Source: Nitrosarchaeum sp.
GTDB taxonomy: Archaea; Thermoproteota; Nitrososphaeria; Nitrososphaerales; Nitrosopumilaceae
DNA length: 64,000 nt
Direction of reading: 5' to 3'
Assembly: GCA_965223865.1 (NCBI GenBank)
Contig: OZ245020.1
Location: 1,888,001 to 1,952,000, forward strand
Shown: positions 8,178-16,260 of the stretch, one piece after another
Numbering within the stretch: the first letter of the stretch is position 1
Layout: each line of letters begins with the position of its first letter
The notes under the pieces: generated by a model
Databases searched by the model: none
The model's input: the letters and a program-made list of their open reading frames with translations, nothing else
Told to the model about the DNA's origin: nothing
Made by a program: the position numbers and the translations under genes

Positions 8178-8351
8178 ATGCCAAAATGGAAAAAAGATGA
8201 AACAATATTCCCATTAAAGGTCATAGTAAATGACAGAAATATTAGAATTAATCTACCTCGTCAGCTGTGGGAGGAAGATCTTAACAGTGCAGAATCAATA
8301 ATAATTGAAAAGCACAAGAATGGTAGAATCTCCATTAGGAAACAAGATTAA
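8178..8351 (+). CDS. AbrB/MazE-like small DNA-binding protein (57 aa)
   Basis: MPKWKKDETIFPLKVIVNDRNIRINLPRQLWEEDLNSAESIIIEKHKNGRISIRKQD; swapped-hairpin pattern (I-x-LP ... G-x-I-x-I). Confidence 0.65.
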   Translation: MPKWKKDETIFPLKVIVNDRNIRINLPRQLWEEDLNSAESIIIEKHKNGRISIRKQD

Positions 8352-8395
8352 TCATATTCTGCCACATTATGTTTGAAAGAGAACTTAACGCTTGA

Positions 8396-8416
8396 GTTCT
8401 AATCCCGGTAACGGTA
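8396..8416 (+). repeat. Degenerate tRNA 3'-end-like fragment (candidate att scar)
   Basis: GTTCTAATCCCGGTAACGGTA: T-loop, T-stem and acceptor-like layout; 17/21 identical to the 3' end of tRNA-Gly in this window. Confidence 0.4.
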
Positions 8417-8525
8417 CTTAACGTCAATCATTTTCATGACACAATTCAAACCGTATCAAATTAGAAATTAAAGACTCAGATCCAAATTTGAAATTTGCAT
8501 TGTGAGTGTAGGGTTGTGTTAGACT

Positions 8526-10130
8526 TTATTCTAATTCTATTTTGTATATGGTAGTTGTCCCACTGACCTCATTTGTAACTACTAAAAGCGGTTGATCTAT
8601 TGGACTGTGATACTTTGGTATGAATAACAATCCTTCAGGTCCAAGATCTCCTGCTGCTGACAGATCTTCATCTGGTTCAACTGAAAAATCCCTGTTGTTT
8701 ATGTAATCTAGAAATTCTGGATTGTAAGGATTTGTCACATCATAAATCATCATACCTCCCATTCTCTCAAGACCCACAAATGCCAATTGCTTGGAACCAA
8801 TCCTTTCCACAATTACTCCTTCAGGTTCTGGACCTCGGTTGTTACTTCTTTTATCAAACTCGTTATAGTAGTGATTTGCATTAAAGTTGTCTGGAAATTT
8901 ATCTGCAATAATGCGCTCAAAGTCATCACCGCTATCAAAAATCAACTGACCGTCAATGGTCCAAATAGAAAATGATCTGCTTCCAAATGAGTACAATTCA
9001 TCATAATCCCCGTCATTATCAATATCTCCTTCCAACAAGCTTATCTTCAATCGGCCCAGATGGTCATCTTTTTGCAGCATGTTCTTGTCTGGAAATGACT
9101 CAGAGTCCAACCGAATATCAGATACTTTTCTCTCTTCTCTGTCTTCATATCCTACTATGCAATCATAGTTTCTTGGATCACCCTCATTAGCAGTTATCAG
9201 AAACATGTCATTTTTTACAATGAATGAATCAATCGAATCTGGCTGTCGCAGGCCTTTGACAGGCCAATTGGCAATATTGATTTTATCATCTTCATCGCTT
9301 GCATCCATCTCATTTCCCATCACATCATGATCCACATAGCCTAATGGCAGTAATTCTGTAATTTGAGCTGAATTAATGTCAAGAATGGCAACTGCATTAT
9401 TCTCTTGCAGTGTTATTGCAGCAGTTTGAGAGTCAGGCAAAATTGTGATGTACTCAGGCTCCAAGTCTTGAGCAACAGTAGAATTTGGCCCAAATATCCT
9501 AATTCCTTTCTCTCTGAGTTCCTCTTCTTGTCCGTTAAATCGAGAAAAGTCTACAGTGATGACAGTTGGACTGTCTACCCCATGTGAAATGTCTATTATG
9601 CTGATCGAACCTTCTGGATCCAACTTGCCAGTACAGTAAGATATCGGTTCGCCTTCATTTGCCACCAATATCTTATCGCCTACAGGAGTAAAGATTAACA
9701 TGTCGGGAAGATGGCCTACCTGAATCTGATTTAGGTAACCTCCATCAACACCAAAAAAAACTACACTGCCCAGATCGGCTTTTGAGTTGGGCTCTATTGC
9801 AGCTGCAATGATTTGTTTTTTAACATCAATACTGTTTACAACATTGCCATAAGGGGTAATGTCTATTGAGAATTCCAATAATGGGTTTTCAGGACTGCTT
9901 ATATTCAGTACATCTATTGCTTGAGAATCGTCGTTTGTAACAAAGAGACGTTTTGTATATGGATCATATGTTGCTATTTCTGCCCCTGCATTGTCATATA
10001 CTCCTGTTTCATAGGTGCCAAGTGGGGTAACTGTGATTCCTGAATCCGTTTCTGCAAATGAAACATTTTCAAAAGCAATCAGCACCATCAATGATAAGAA
10101 AATTCCTGCCCCACATGTCCAAAAGTTCAA
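8526..10130 (-). CDS. Secreted choice-of-anchor I family protein (alkaline phosphatase/5'-nucleotidase-associated beta-propeller)
   Basis: Signal peptide; GHLPDML, ANEGEP, DLEPEY, ANEGD, RSFSI, GPEPEG, LERMGG and GDLGPEG motifs. Confidence 0.85.
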   Translation of the reverse strand: MNFWTCGAGIFLSLMVLIAFENVSFAETDSGITVTPLGTYETGVYDNAGAEIATYDPYTKRLFVTNDDSQAIDVLNISSPENPLLEFSIDITPYGNVVNSIDVKKQIIAAAIEPNSKADLGSVVFFGVDGGYLNQIQVGHLPDMLIFTPVGDKILVANEGEPISYCTGKLDPEGSISIIDISHGVDSPTVITVDFSRFNGQEEELREKGIRIFGPNSTVAQDLEPEYITILPDSQTAAITLQENNAVAILDINSAQITELLPLGYVDHDVMGNEMDASDEDDKINIANWPVKGLRQPDSIDSFIVKNDMFLITANEGDPRNYDCIVGYEDREERKVSDIRLDSESFPDKNMLQKDDHLGRLKISLLEGDIDNDGDYDELYSFGSRSFSIWTIDGQLIFDSGDDFERIIADKFPDNFNANHYYNEFDKRSNNRGPEPEGVIVERIGSKQLAFVGLERMGGMMIYDVTNPYNPEFLDYINNRDFSVEPDEDLSAAGDLGPEGLLFIPKYHSPIDQPLLVVTNEVSGTTTIYKIELE

Positions 10131-10248
10131 TCTTCATTATGACAAACTTGTTTTGAGATTTCTAGTTCTAGTTGATAGTTTCCATAGGCCTACAGAATTT
10201 CATAATCTATATAGAAAAACAATACCAAAATTTGCAATAAACAATCGT

Positions 10249-10713
10249 ATGGCAAAGCAATATGACAAACTTCTTGTTCCATATGACGGATCCAGCTTTT
10301 CAAAGAAGGCCATTTCTGAAGCTGCAATGATCTCAAAAACATTTGGTTCACAAATCATGATATTAAATGTGGTAAATGAGTCCTCATTTAAGGAGCAGCC
10401 ACCCTCTTTGTTTTCAGGCTATATTCAAGGAACAAAAGTTGTAAAGAATTTTACAAACCAGGCTCTAGAAAATATGGAAAACCTGTTACAGAGTATCTGC
10501 TTTGATCTTGAGAAACAAGGAATTAAAGCAACCAGCCATGTTGTTTCTGGCTATCCAAAAAAAGAGATATTGAAATTTGCCAAGAGGCAAGATGTAGACC
10601 TCATAGTCATGGGAAGCCAGGGACTGGGAGGAATGAAAAAACTCAGAGTCTTAGGAAGTGTAAGTAGATGGATTACAGAAAATTCAGACTGTCCTGTTTT
10701 AATAGTCCATTGA
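10249..10713 (+). CDS. Universal stress protein (UspA family)
   Basis: LLVPYDGS ... DLIVMGSQG ... LGSVS ... CPVLIV; probable ATG at 10249. Confidence 0.9.
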   Translation: MAKQYDKLLVPYDGSSFSKKAISEAAMISKTFGSQIMILNVVNESSFKEQPPSLFSGYIQGTKVVKNFTNQALENMENLLQSICFDLEKQGIKATSHVVSGYPKKEILKFAKRQDVDLIVMGSQGLGGMKKLRVLGSVSRWITENSDCPVLIVH

Positions 10714-11803
10714 TTTACGCATAAAATCAGTATTCAGTTTTTATCTGCTGCAATTTTATTTTAAAAAATTTACTTCCCTGTGAGATTCACATTCTTTAAT
10801 CAAGGCTCCATCATGATCTTGAATTTTACATCCACAGGTGAAGATTATGTGCATCCTGATTTAGATATTGAGATTTATGATAAAAGAAAATACTTGATAC
10901 ATCACAAAGATTATCTGGATTTACGGTCTTTACGTAAATACTATTGTATTTACTTTAAACTTATACCATGCAAGTAGAGATGCAATGATGTGTTTTGTAA
11001 GTAGCCCCCTACAAGTCGTCTCATTTTCTCTATTGCATCATTGCAATTATCTCACTAATCATACGTGAAATTACCTGAAGCAGCTATTATGAGTAAGAAC
11101 TACGATTTCCCCAATGTTTGAACTAGAAGTTGCAGGTAAAATTCTTTAATTTCTTATGGAATTGATGAGTGTATTTGCTCGATTCTTGTAACACAAATGA
11201 GGATTTGACCAAAGGGTTCTTCAGAGTTCACTTTGAATTCAAAGCACCATAGTTTGATGAAAGAGCACAAAAGATTGCTGCTAAATTAGTGGGGCTATGA
11301 CACCATTGAACTCGAAGCAAACAACGACTCATGTGGATGAATTGGGTGTCATGCAGGTTTACTACATCAAATCCATTTTAAAACATGCATGACATTTCAA
11401 ACCAATGGTTTATTTCTGTAGAACAACCATCTGAATCCTTATCTTATTGTTTTGATGCTTGAAGGCATTATGAAAAAAATGGAGTTTAAGACCAATAACG
11501 AATCGTAATCATCGCTGTGGCAGATGACTTATGCCGGGGACGCAGTTACTTGGTGAGAACTCCAATCACAGTTACACAAGATTGTATTTAACGTGTCAGA
11601 ATATTTTCTTGGTTTGTTATGGAAGGATGATTCAAAACGATAAAACAATTCTGAAATTAATAAATGTGAAAAATTGTCCTGGTGGTATGCTGTGTGTCAG
11701 AATATGTGCAAGATACAAGACTGCAAGAAATACAAGAAACTTAGATTTACTCTAACGTAATAGGATCTCTATCTTTTTTAACTCTGACAAAATAATCACA
11801 TTA

Positions 11804-12922
11804 GTGATTCACAAGAAGTCTTTTCAGTTTCCTGTTATTGCCACTATTCTTATTTCATTTTTAATATCTACAGGCTTTTCAAGCACGTCTTTTGTAGACG
11901 CATATGAGGAGGGTAAAAAAAATGAACATCTCAGAAAACAACTGGAAAGAGGAACCGCCCTTGAGAACGCAGTCTGTAAGCCTGGCTATGTACTGGCAGT
12001 CCTGCAGTCTGACAGGCCTGCATGCTTGAGCCAAACCACTTTTCTAAAGTTAGAAGAACGCGGATACGTAAAGTCAGTAATCAAAGAGTTTCCTCAAGAA
12101 CCATCATCCCCACCAGAAAAAATCAAAAAAGAGACAACCATTCCTACTGCAGAAGCAAATGTGCACTCAGGATCCACCGTCAAAGGAGATACTGGGCAAA
12201 CATCCGCCGCAGAAATAACTAACGTTCCTGCCTCTGCAGGTTCCATAGTGAATTTCTACATCATTGATAATGACCTGAACATAAGCCCCAATGGAGTGGA
12301 CATTGTTGATGTCACCAACCTCCTTCAATTCTCAATAAACGGAATTCCGATAGAGGGTCCAAAAACAATGACTGAGACAGGATCTGACACCGGACAGTTT
12401 TATGTAAAATTGCGACTTCCAGATTCCATAAATGGAAAACCGTTAAGCCAGGACGATGTGGTTGAAGTAAGATACCTTGATGAGTCAGATGCCGGGGGAA
12501 ACCCACAAACAAGTTCAAAATCAATACCATTATCACAGACATATGCCCAGATTCAGACCTCTGGCTACAACGGCAGCGGAGCTAAGACAAGAATCGGACA
12601 TGAGTTTGCCGTAAGGATCTATGAGCCTGATGCAAATCTTGACTCCCGGGATGAAGACAAAATTCCACTCAACAGAATCGAGTACAGGGGAGAGGGAGGA
12701 ATAAGGACAACTTTGGCCAATCCTGTGTTTGATGCAAACATGTCCGTACTTAGGGAGACAGGGGAGAACACTGGAATATTTGAGGTGATAATCAAGATTC
12801 CACGAACAATTGACGGGGACACCGTCCACATTGGCGACTGGTTTGAGCTTAGGTATGTTGACGTGTCTACGCCGTCTAGCTCCTCTGAAGAAATCAAGCT
12901 GCGCGGCAAGATAGGAAGCTAA
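11804..12922 (+). CDS. Secreted thaumarchaeal surface protein with S-layer-type repeats
   Basis: Signal peptide; C-x-x-G...PAC...T-x-x-KL-x-ERG module; two D-x-N / ETG-x-x-TG-x-F repeats. Confidence 0.7.
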   Translation: MIHKKSFQFPVIATILISFLISTGFSSTSFVDAYEEGKKNEHLRKQLERGTALENAVCKPGYVLAVLQSDRPACLSQTTFLKLEERGYVKSVIKEFPQEPSSPPEKIKKETTIPTAEANVHSGSTVKGDTGQTSAAEITNVPASAGSIVNFYIIDNDLNISPNGVDIVDVTNLLQFSINGIPIEGPKTMTETGSDTGQFYVKLRLPDSINGKPLSQDDVVEVRYLDESDAGGNPQTSSKSIPLSQTYAQIQTSGYNGSGAKTRIGHEFAVRIYEPDANLDSRDEDKIPLNRIEYRGEGGIRTTLANPVFDANMSVLRETGENTGIFEVIIKIPRTIDGDTVHIGDWFELRYVDVSTPSSSSEEIKLRGKIGS

Positions 12923-12949
12923 TTCCTCATTTCTGTTTGTTTTTTCACC

Positions 12950-14281
12950 ATGTTTGAGAACAAATATTTCACAAACAATATCAGGCAGATGTTTCTTTTG
13001 AGTTGTAGTTTGCAAAAGACGCATTGGGTCTTATTGGTAGTAGTGTCAATATCGCTTATGACCGGCATTTTTACCAATCCGGTCCATGCTGCTGCACCAT
13101 TAGGCTTTGACAAGCCAACATACACGTGGACTGACAAGATCTTCATCACCATAGTTGCACCTGACTTTAATTTTGACACGCATTCAATTGATGAGATTGG
13201 AAATGATTCCTTTAACCCAGTAAAGATTTCAACGCGAGGTCATACGCTTGACCAGTACAAGCTAGTTGAGACCGGCCCCAGTACTGGGATATTTACGGGA
13301 GAGATAATCCTCACTGGATTCTGCCATGACGCTGACGGCAATACTGGTACCGGAATTCAGTCACGAAACTCTTCTGAATGCAACATAGGAGATGACACCA
13401 ATCCCAGAACCGGACCGTCACAGAATGGTGGTCCCACAAACGGGTTTTTAGAGGCAGACAATGATGACGGAATAACCATCTCATTTGAATACACTGAAAA
13501 TGAGACAGTCCTGGGCTCTACTCCCATCAGGTGGAATATTGGGGAAGTACAGTGGCTTGAGGCAAGCTATCCTGCAACAGGGACTGGAATAATACGCGTT
13601 ATTGATCCTGACATGAATCTGAATCCTGAGGCCGTTGACAATTTTGGCATTGATGTATGGTCTGACTCTGATGCTGGAGGTATTGATCTGACAGTAACTG
13701 AGACAGGTGAGATGACAGGTGTGTTTGAAGGAACTGTATTTTTTAGCACCACAAACGAGTCCTCTGGCAGCAGGTTATTGGTTGGACAAGGTGACACAGT
13801 GACTGCAGAGTATGAAGACAATACATTGCCAAAACCATACACGATAGCAGACGAACTTGATGTAACTGCAACTGCAATCATAGGTACTGTTGTACCGCCT
13901 CTTGAGAGGATAACCGTTAATGGATGCAAAACAGTAGATCCTTTTGGAAACGCATTGAGTAATGTGTCAGTTACCCAGCAGACCCTAATTACGTGTGAGT
14001 TGTCAAACGGCCAGAACAAAGAACAGCAGTTTGCGTATCTTGTCCAGATAAAAAATTCTGGTAATGATAATGATGATAATGGTGGCAGCAATAGTGATGG
14101 CATGACAGTTCATCTATCTTGGATGACCGGATCTCTTTTTTCAGGACAAACTCTTAGTCCTTCTCTGTCATGGAGTCCACAAAACCCAGGAACCTATGAT
14201 GTTACCGTGTTTGTGTGGGAAGGCATTAACAATCCCACACCACTAACAAATCCTGCATTTATGGTTATAGATGTCAATTAA
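12950..14281 (+). CDS. S-layer-like (SlaA-related) secreted protein
   Basis: PDFNFD, ETGPSTGIF, DPDMNLNPEAVD and ETGEMTGVF repeats; C-terminal QQFAYLVQI...LSW...FVWE Ig-like domain. Confidence 0.75.
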   Translation: MFENKYFTNNIRQMFLLSCSLQKTHWVLLVVVSISLMTGIFTNPVHAAAPLGFDKPTYTWTDKIFITIVAPDFNFDTHSIDEIGNDSFNPVKISTRGHTLDQYKLVETGPSTGIFTGEIILTGFCHDADGNTGTGIQSRNSSECNIGDDTNPRTGPSQNGGPTNGFLEADNDDGITISFEYTENETVLGSTPIRWNIGEVQWLEASYPATGTGIIRVIDPDMNLNPEAVDNFGIDVWSDSDAGGIDLTVTETGEMTGVFEGTVFFSTTNESSGSRLLVGQGDTVTAEYEDNTLPKPYTIADELDVTATAIIGTVVPPLERITVNGCKTVDPFGNALSNVSVTQQTLITCELSNGQNKEQQFAYLVQIKNSGNDNDDNGGSNSDGMTVHLSWMTGSLFSGQTLSPSLSWSPQNPGTYDVTVFVWEGINNPTPLTNPAFMVIDVN

Positions 14282-14545
14282 GATGCTTTAGGAACTTGAG
14301 AATTTTCCCCTAATCTTTTATCATGTTATTTCCTGTATGTTAGTGACCTGAACAGAATGAAAAATGTTCAGTAAGTTCTGGGGCCCAAACAATTTTTTGC
14401 ATTATATGTCCATTCCCAAAAAAATAACTTCCAATAATCTTTTTGACATTTGAGGTTTCTTTAGGGAGGGTTTTCAAAAACTACGTTCGGTTGTCTTCTG
14501 GACATTTATCTTTCCTTTTTAAGGTGGAGATGTGAACAAGTTGAC

Positions 14546-14566
14546 CAAATCTCCCTCCCGGTGCCA
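14546..14566 (+). repeat. tRNA-Ser 3'-end fragment (candidate att site)
   Basis: CAAATCTCCCTCCCGGTGCCA is 20/21 identical to the reverse complement of 48979-48999 (tRNA-Ser 3' end including CCA). Confidence 0.85.
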
Positions 14567-14606
14567 AATTCAAGCGTTTAGAGCCTTTACATTCAATTAA
14601 AGAATC

Positions 14607-14832
14607 TCAAATTCTCAACACATACTCTTTTCTCAAAATCTTTTGCACAGTTTCAAAATATTCTCTTCTGGTGTTTTTTAACAACCTCCATCTTGTCTTC
14701 ATTTCCAAATTCAGTCTCTTGAATATTCTTAATGTCCTCATCCTTGTAATCCTCACCCAATTCTTCCTTTGCGATATCAACCAACTGCTTGATTCGAAGC
14801 TTTTTTCTCCAGGCTTGGGCATATTCTGCCAT
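14607..14832 (-). pseudogene. Small gene apparently split by a frameshift
   Basis: ATG at 14832 gives MAEYAQAWRKKLRIKQLVDIAKEELGEDYKDEDIK (stop at 14653); the adjacent frame continues ...LEMKTRWRLLKNTRREYFETVQKILRKEYVLRI*. Confidence 0.45.
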
Positions 14833-15039
14833 GACTTTTCTAGTTTTTTATGATCTTTAAAGGTCACTACGTTATGTCATGCAATGAATTTCTCTTATTA
14901 AAAATAAATGAAATTCCAGGCTCGCAAGTTCAGAAACTGAACTGTCTATTCACATCTTAATTCAAAACAAGAACAAAAGAGAATCAAAAAGTTTGGTTGA
15001 TCCCAAATACTTCTGGCACGTCACATTGGTTGACAAAAC

Positions 15040-15261
15040 ATGAGTACATACAACATACAAGAAAAAGTCTCTGAGAACAAAAAGACAAAACTCGGAGTAG
15101 TCGGCTTGATTGCCTTGCCGATAGCTGCTGCAATGTACAGTTCAGGAACTGTATCATTAGAACAAGTGCCACAAATACTTACAAGCGGAGTATTTCCAAT
15201 TGGATTTACCTTGTTCTCATGGGCAATTGCAGTTAAAATGGCAATGAAATTGAGAAAGTAA
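15040..15261 (+). CDS. Small two-TM membrane protein
   Basis: 73 aa, two hydrophobic helices, basic termini. Confidence 0.6.
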   Translation: MSTYNIQEKVSENKKTKLGVVGLIALPIAAAMYSSGTVSLEQVPQILTSGVFPIGFTLFSWAIAVKMAMKLRK

Positions 15262-15330
15262 GATCTACTCTTACCTTTTCTATCTTTTTACAATTTGTTC
15301 CTACTGCGTCCAAAATAGTCACTAAAAACC

Positions 15331-15350
15331 TTCAAATCCCGACGGGAGCA
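15331..15350 (+). repeat. tRNA 3'-end fragment, Glu-like (candidate outer att site and island boundary)
   Basis: TTCAAAT-CCCGA-CGGGAGC-A is an exact T-loop/T-stem/acceptor/discriminator layout with no 5' tRNA half upstream; core genes begin immediately after. Confidence 0.75.
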
Positions 15351-15374
15351 TTATTTTAAAAATAAAAAAAGAAG

Positions 15375-16154
15375 CTAGTTGCTTCCTATCAAGAATATTA
15401 CGCTTGCTGTAGTAGTGATGTCTTGGTCTGAAGAAAACACAGGAGTTGATGACTTGAATGACGCATCTTCGGCAAATGCAGCCCCACTATACAATGGTAT
15501 TGGTGGAGGAACTCCAAATTCAGAAAGACTAACTGCTTTTACTCCAATAATTTTATGGTTTAAGGGAGCAAGTGCGTTTTCTGCTTTCTTTTTTGCGTTA
15601 AGTACTGCCTGGCCTAAAAGATCATCTTTTAGATCAATTTCTGTCTGAGGAGAAAGTGTAAAGTATACATTATCAACTCTGTTTGCACCAGATGATACAG
15701 CACTATCAATAATATCTGCTGCCATGTCAAGTTGAGATGTTTCAGCTGTTATTGTATTTGTTACGCGGTATCCAACAAGTTCCTGTGTATATCTTTCAGT
15801 TTTTGGATCTCTATAGTTGTCGTATACAGGATAAATGGTAAGACGAGAAGTGCTAATTTCATCTTCTAAAATTCCTAGAGATGTGATTGCGTCAACAACA
15901 GAAGTCATTGCATCAGAATTTTTAGACAGTGCTTCTTTAGCTGTCTTTTCTTGAGTTTCCATTCCAAATGTAATTACCAACAAATCGGGTTCAACAGAAG
16001 CCGTAGCTGTTCCTGTTATGGAGATCACCTTTTCTCTTGATGGAAAAGGAGTTGTCTCTGCCTCAGCTTGATTACCTGCAAGTGTCAAATTTGCAGCAAA
16101 AGCAAAAACAAAGACCAGTCCTGCTATTGCGGCAAGTTTCACTTGTTTGTTCAT
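15375..16154 (-). CDS. SIMPL domain protein (DUF541)
   Basis: ISITGTATASVEPD ... GYRVTN ... GANRV ... AVLNAKKKA. Confidence 0.9.
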   Translation of the reverse strand: MNKQVKLAAIAGLVFVFAFAANLTLAGNQAEAETTPFPSREKVISITGTATASVEPDLLVITFGMETQEKTAKEALSKNSDAMTSVVDAITSLGILEDEISTSRLTIYPVYDNYRDPKTERYTQELVGYRVTNTITAETSQLDMAADIIDSAVSSGANRVDNVYFTLSPQTEIDLKDDLLGQAVLNAKKKAENALAPLNHKIIGVKAVSLSEFGVPPPIPLYSGAAFAEDASFKSSTPVFSSDQDITTTASVIFLIGSN

Positions 16155-16260
16155 ATGATGATAATCAGGTGTTACTATTTATGAAATACGTCTAAAAGAT
16201 ACGGATTTTTGATAATCAGAAAATAGTTTCTTTAAATAATTAAAAGATGACACAAATCTG

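Larger units (their letters stand above)
1..15350. mobile_element. Right part of an integrated mosaic element/genomic island (ICE-like); left end outside the window
   Basis: PrgI-like and VirB4-like genes, pseudogene fragments, low coding density, tRNA 3'-end fragments, and an abrupt switch to housekeeping genes after 15350. Confidence 0.75.

Noticed and set aside
8012-8224. 70-aa minus-strand ORF with a repeated ILVLI
   Set aside because: Translation of the twin operator palindromes; overlaps the more credible 8178 ORF
10015-10248. N-terminal extension of the USP ORF
   Set aside because: Overlaps the divergent gene; the USP domain starts at ATG 10249
12533-14103. Long antisense ORFs over the S-layer-like genes
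   Set aside because: Expected shadow frames of GC-richer coding sequence; no motifs
15040-15261. Spindle-virus capsid protein
   Set aside because: Two helices only; no viral context, so left as a generic membrane protein
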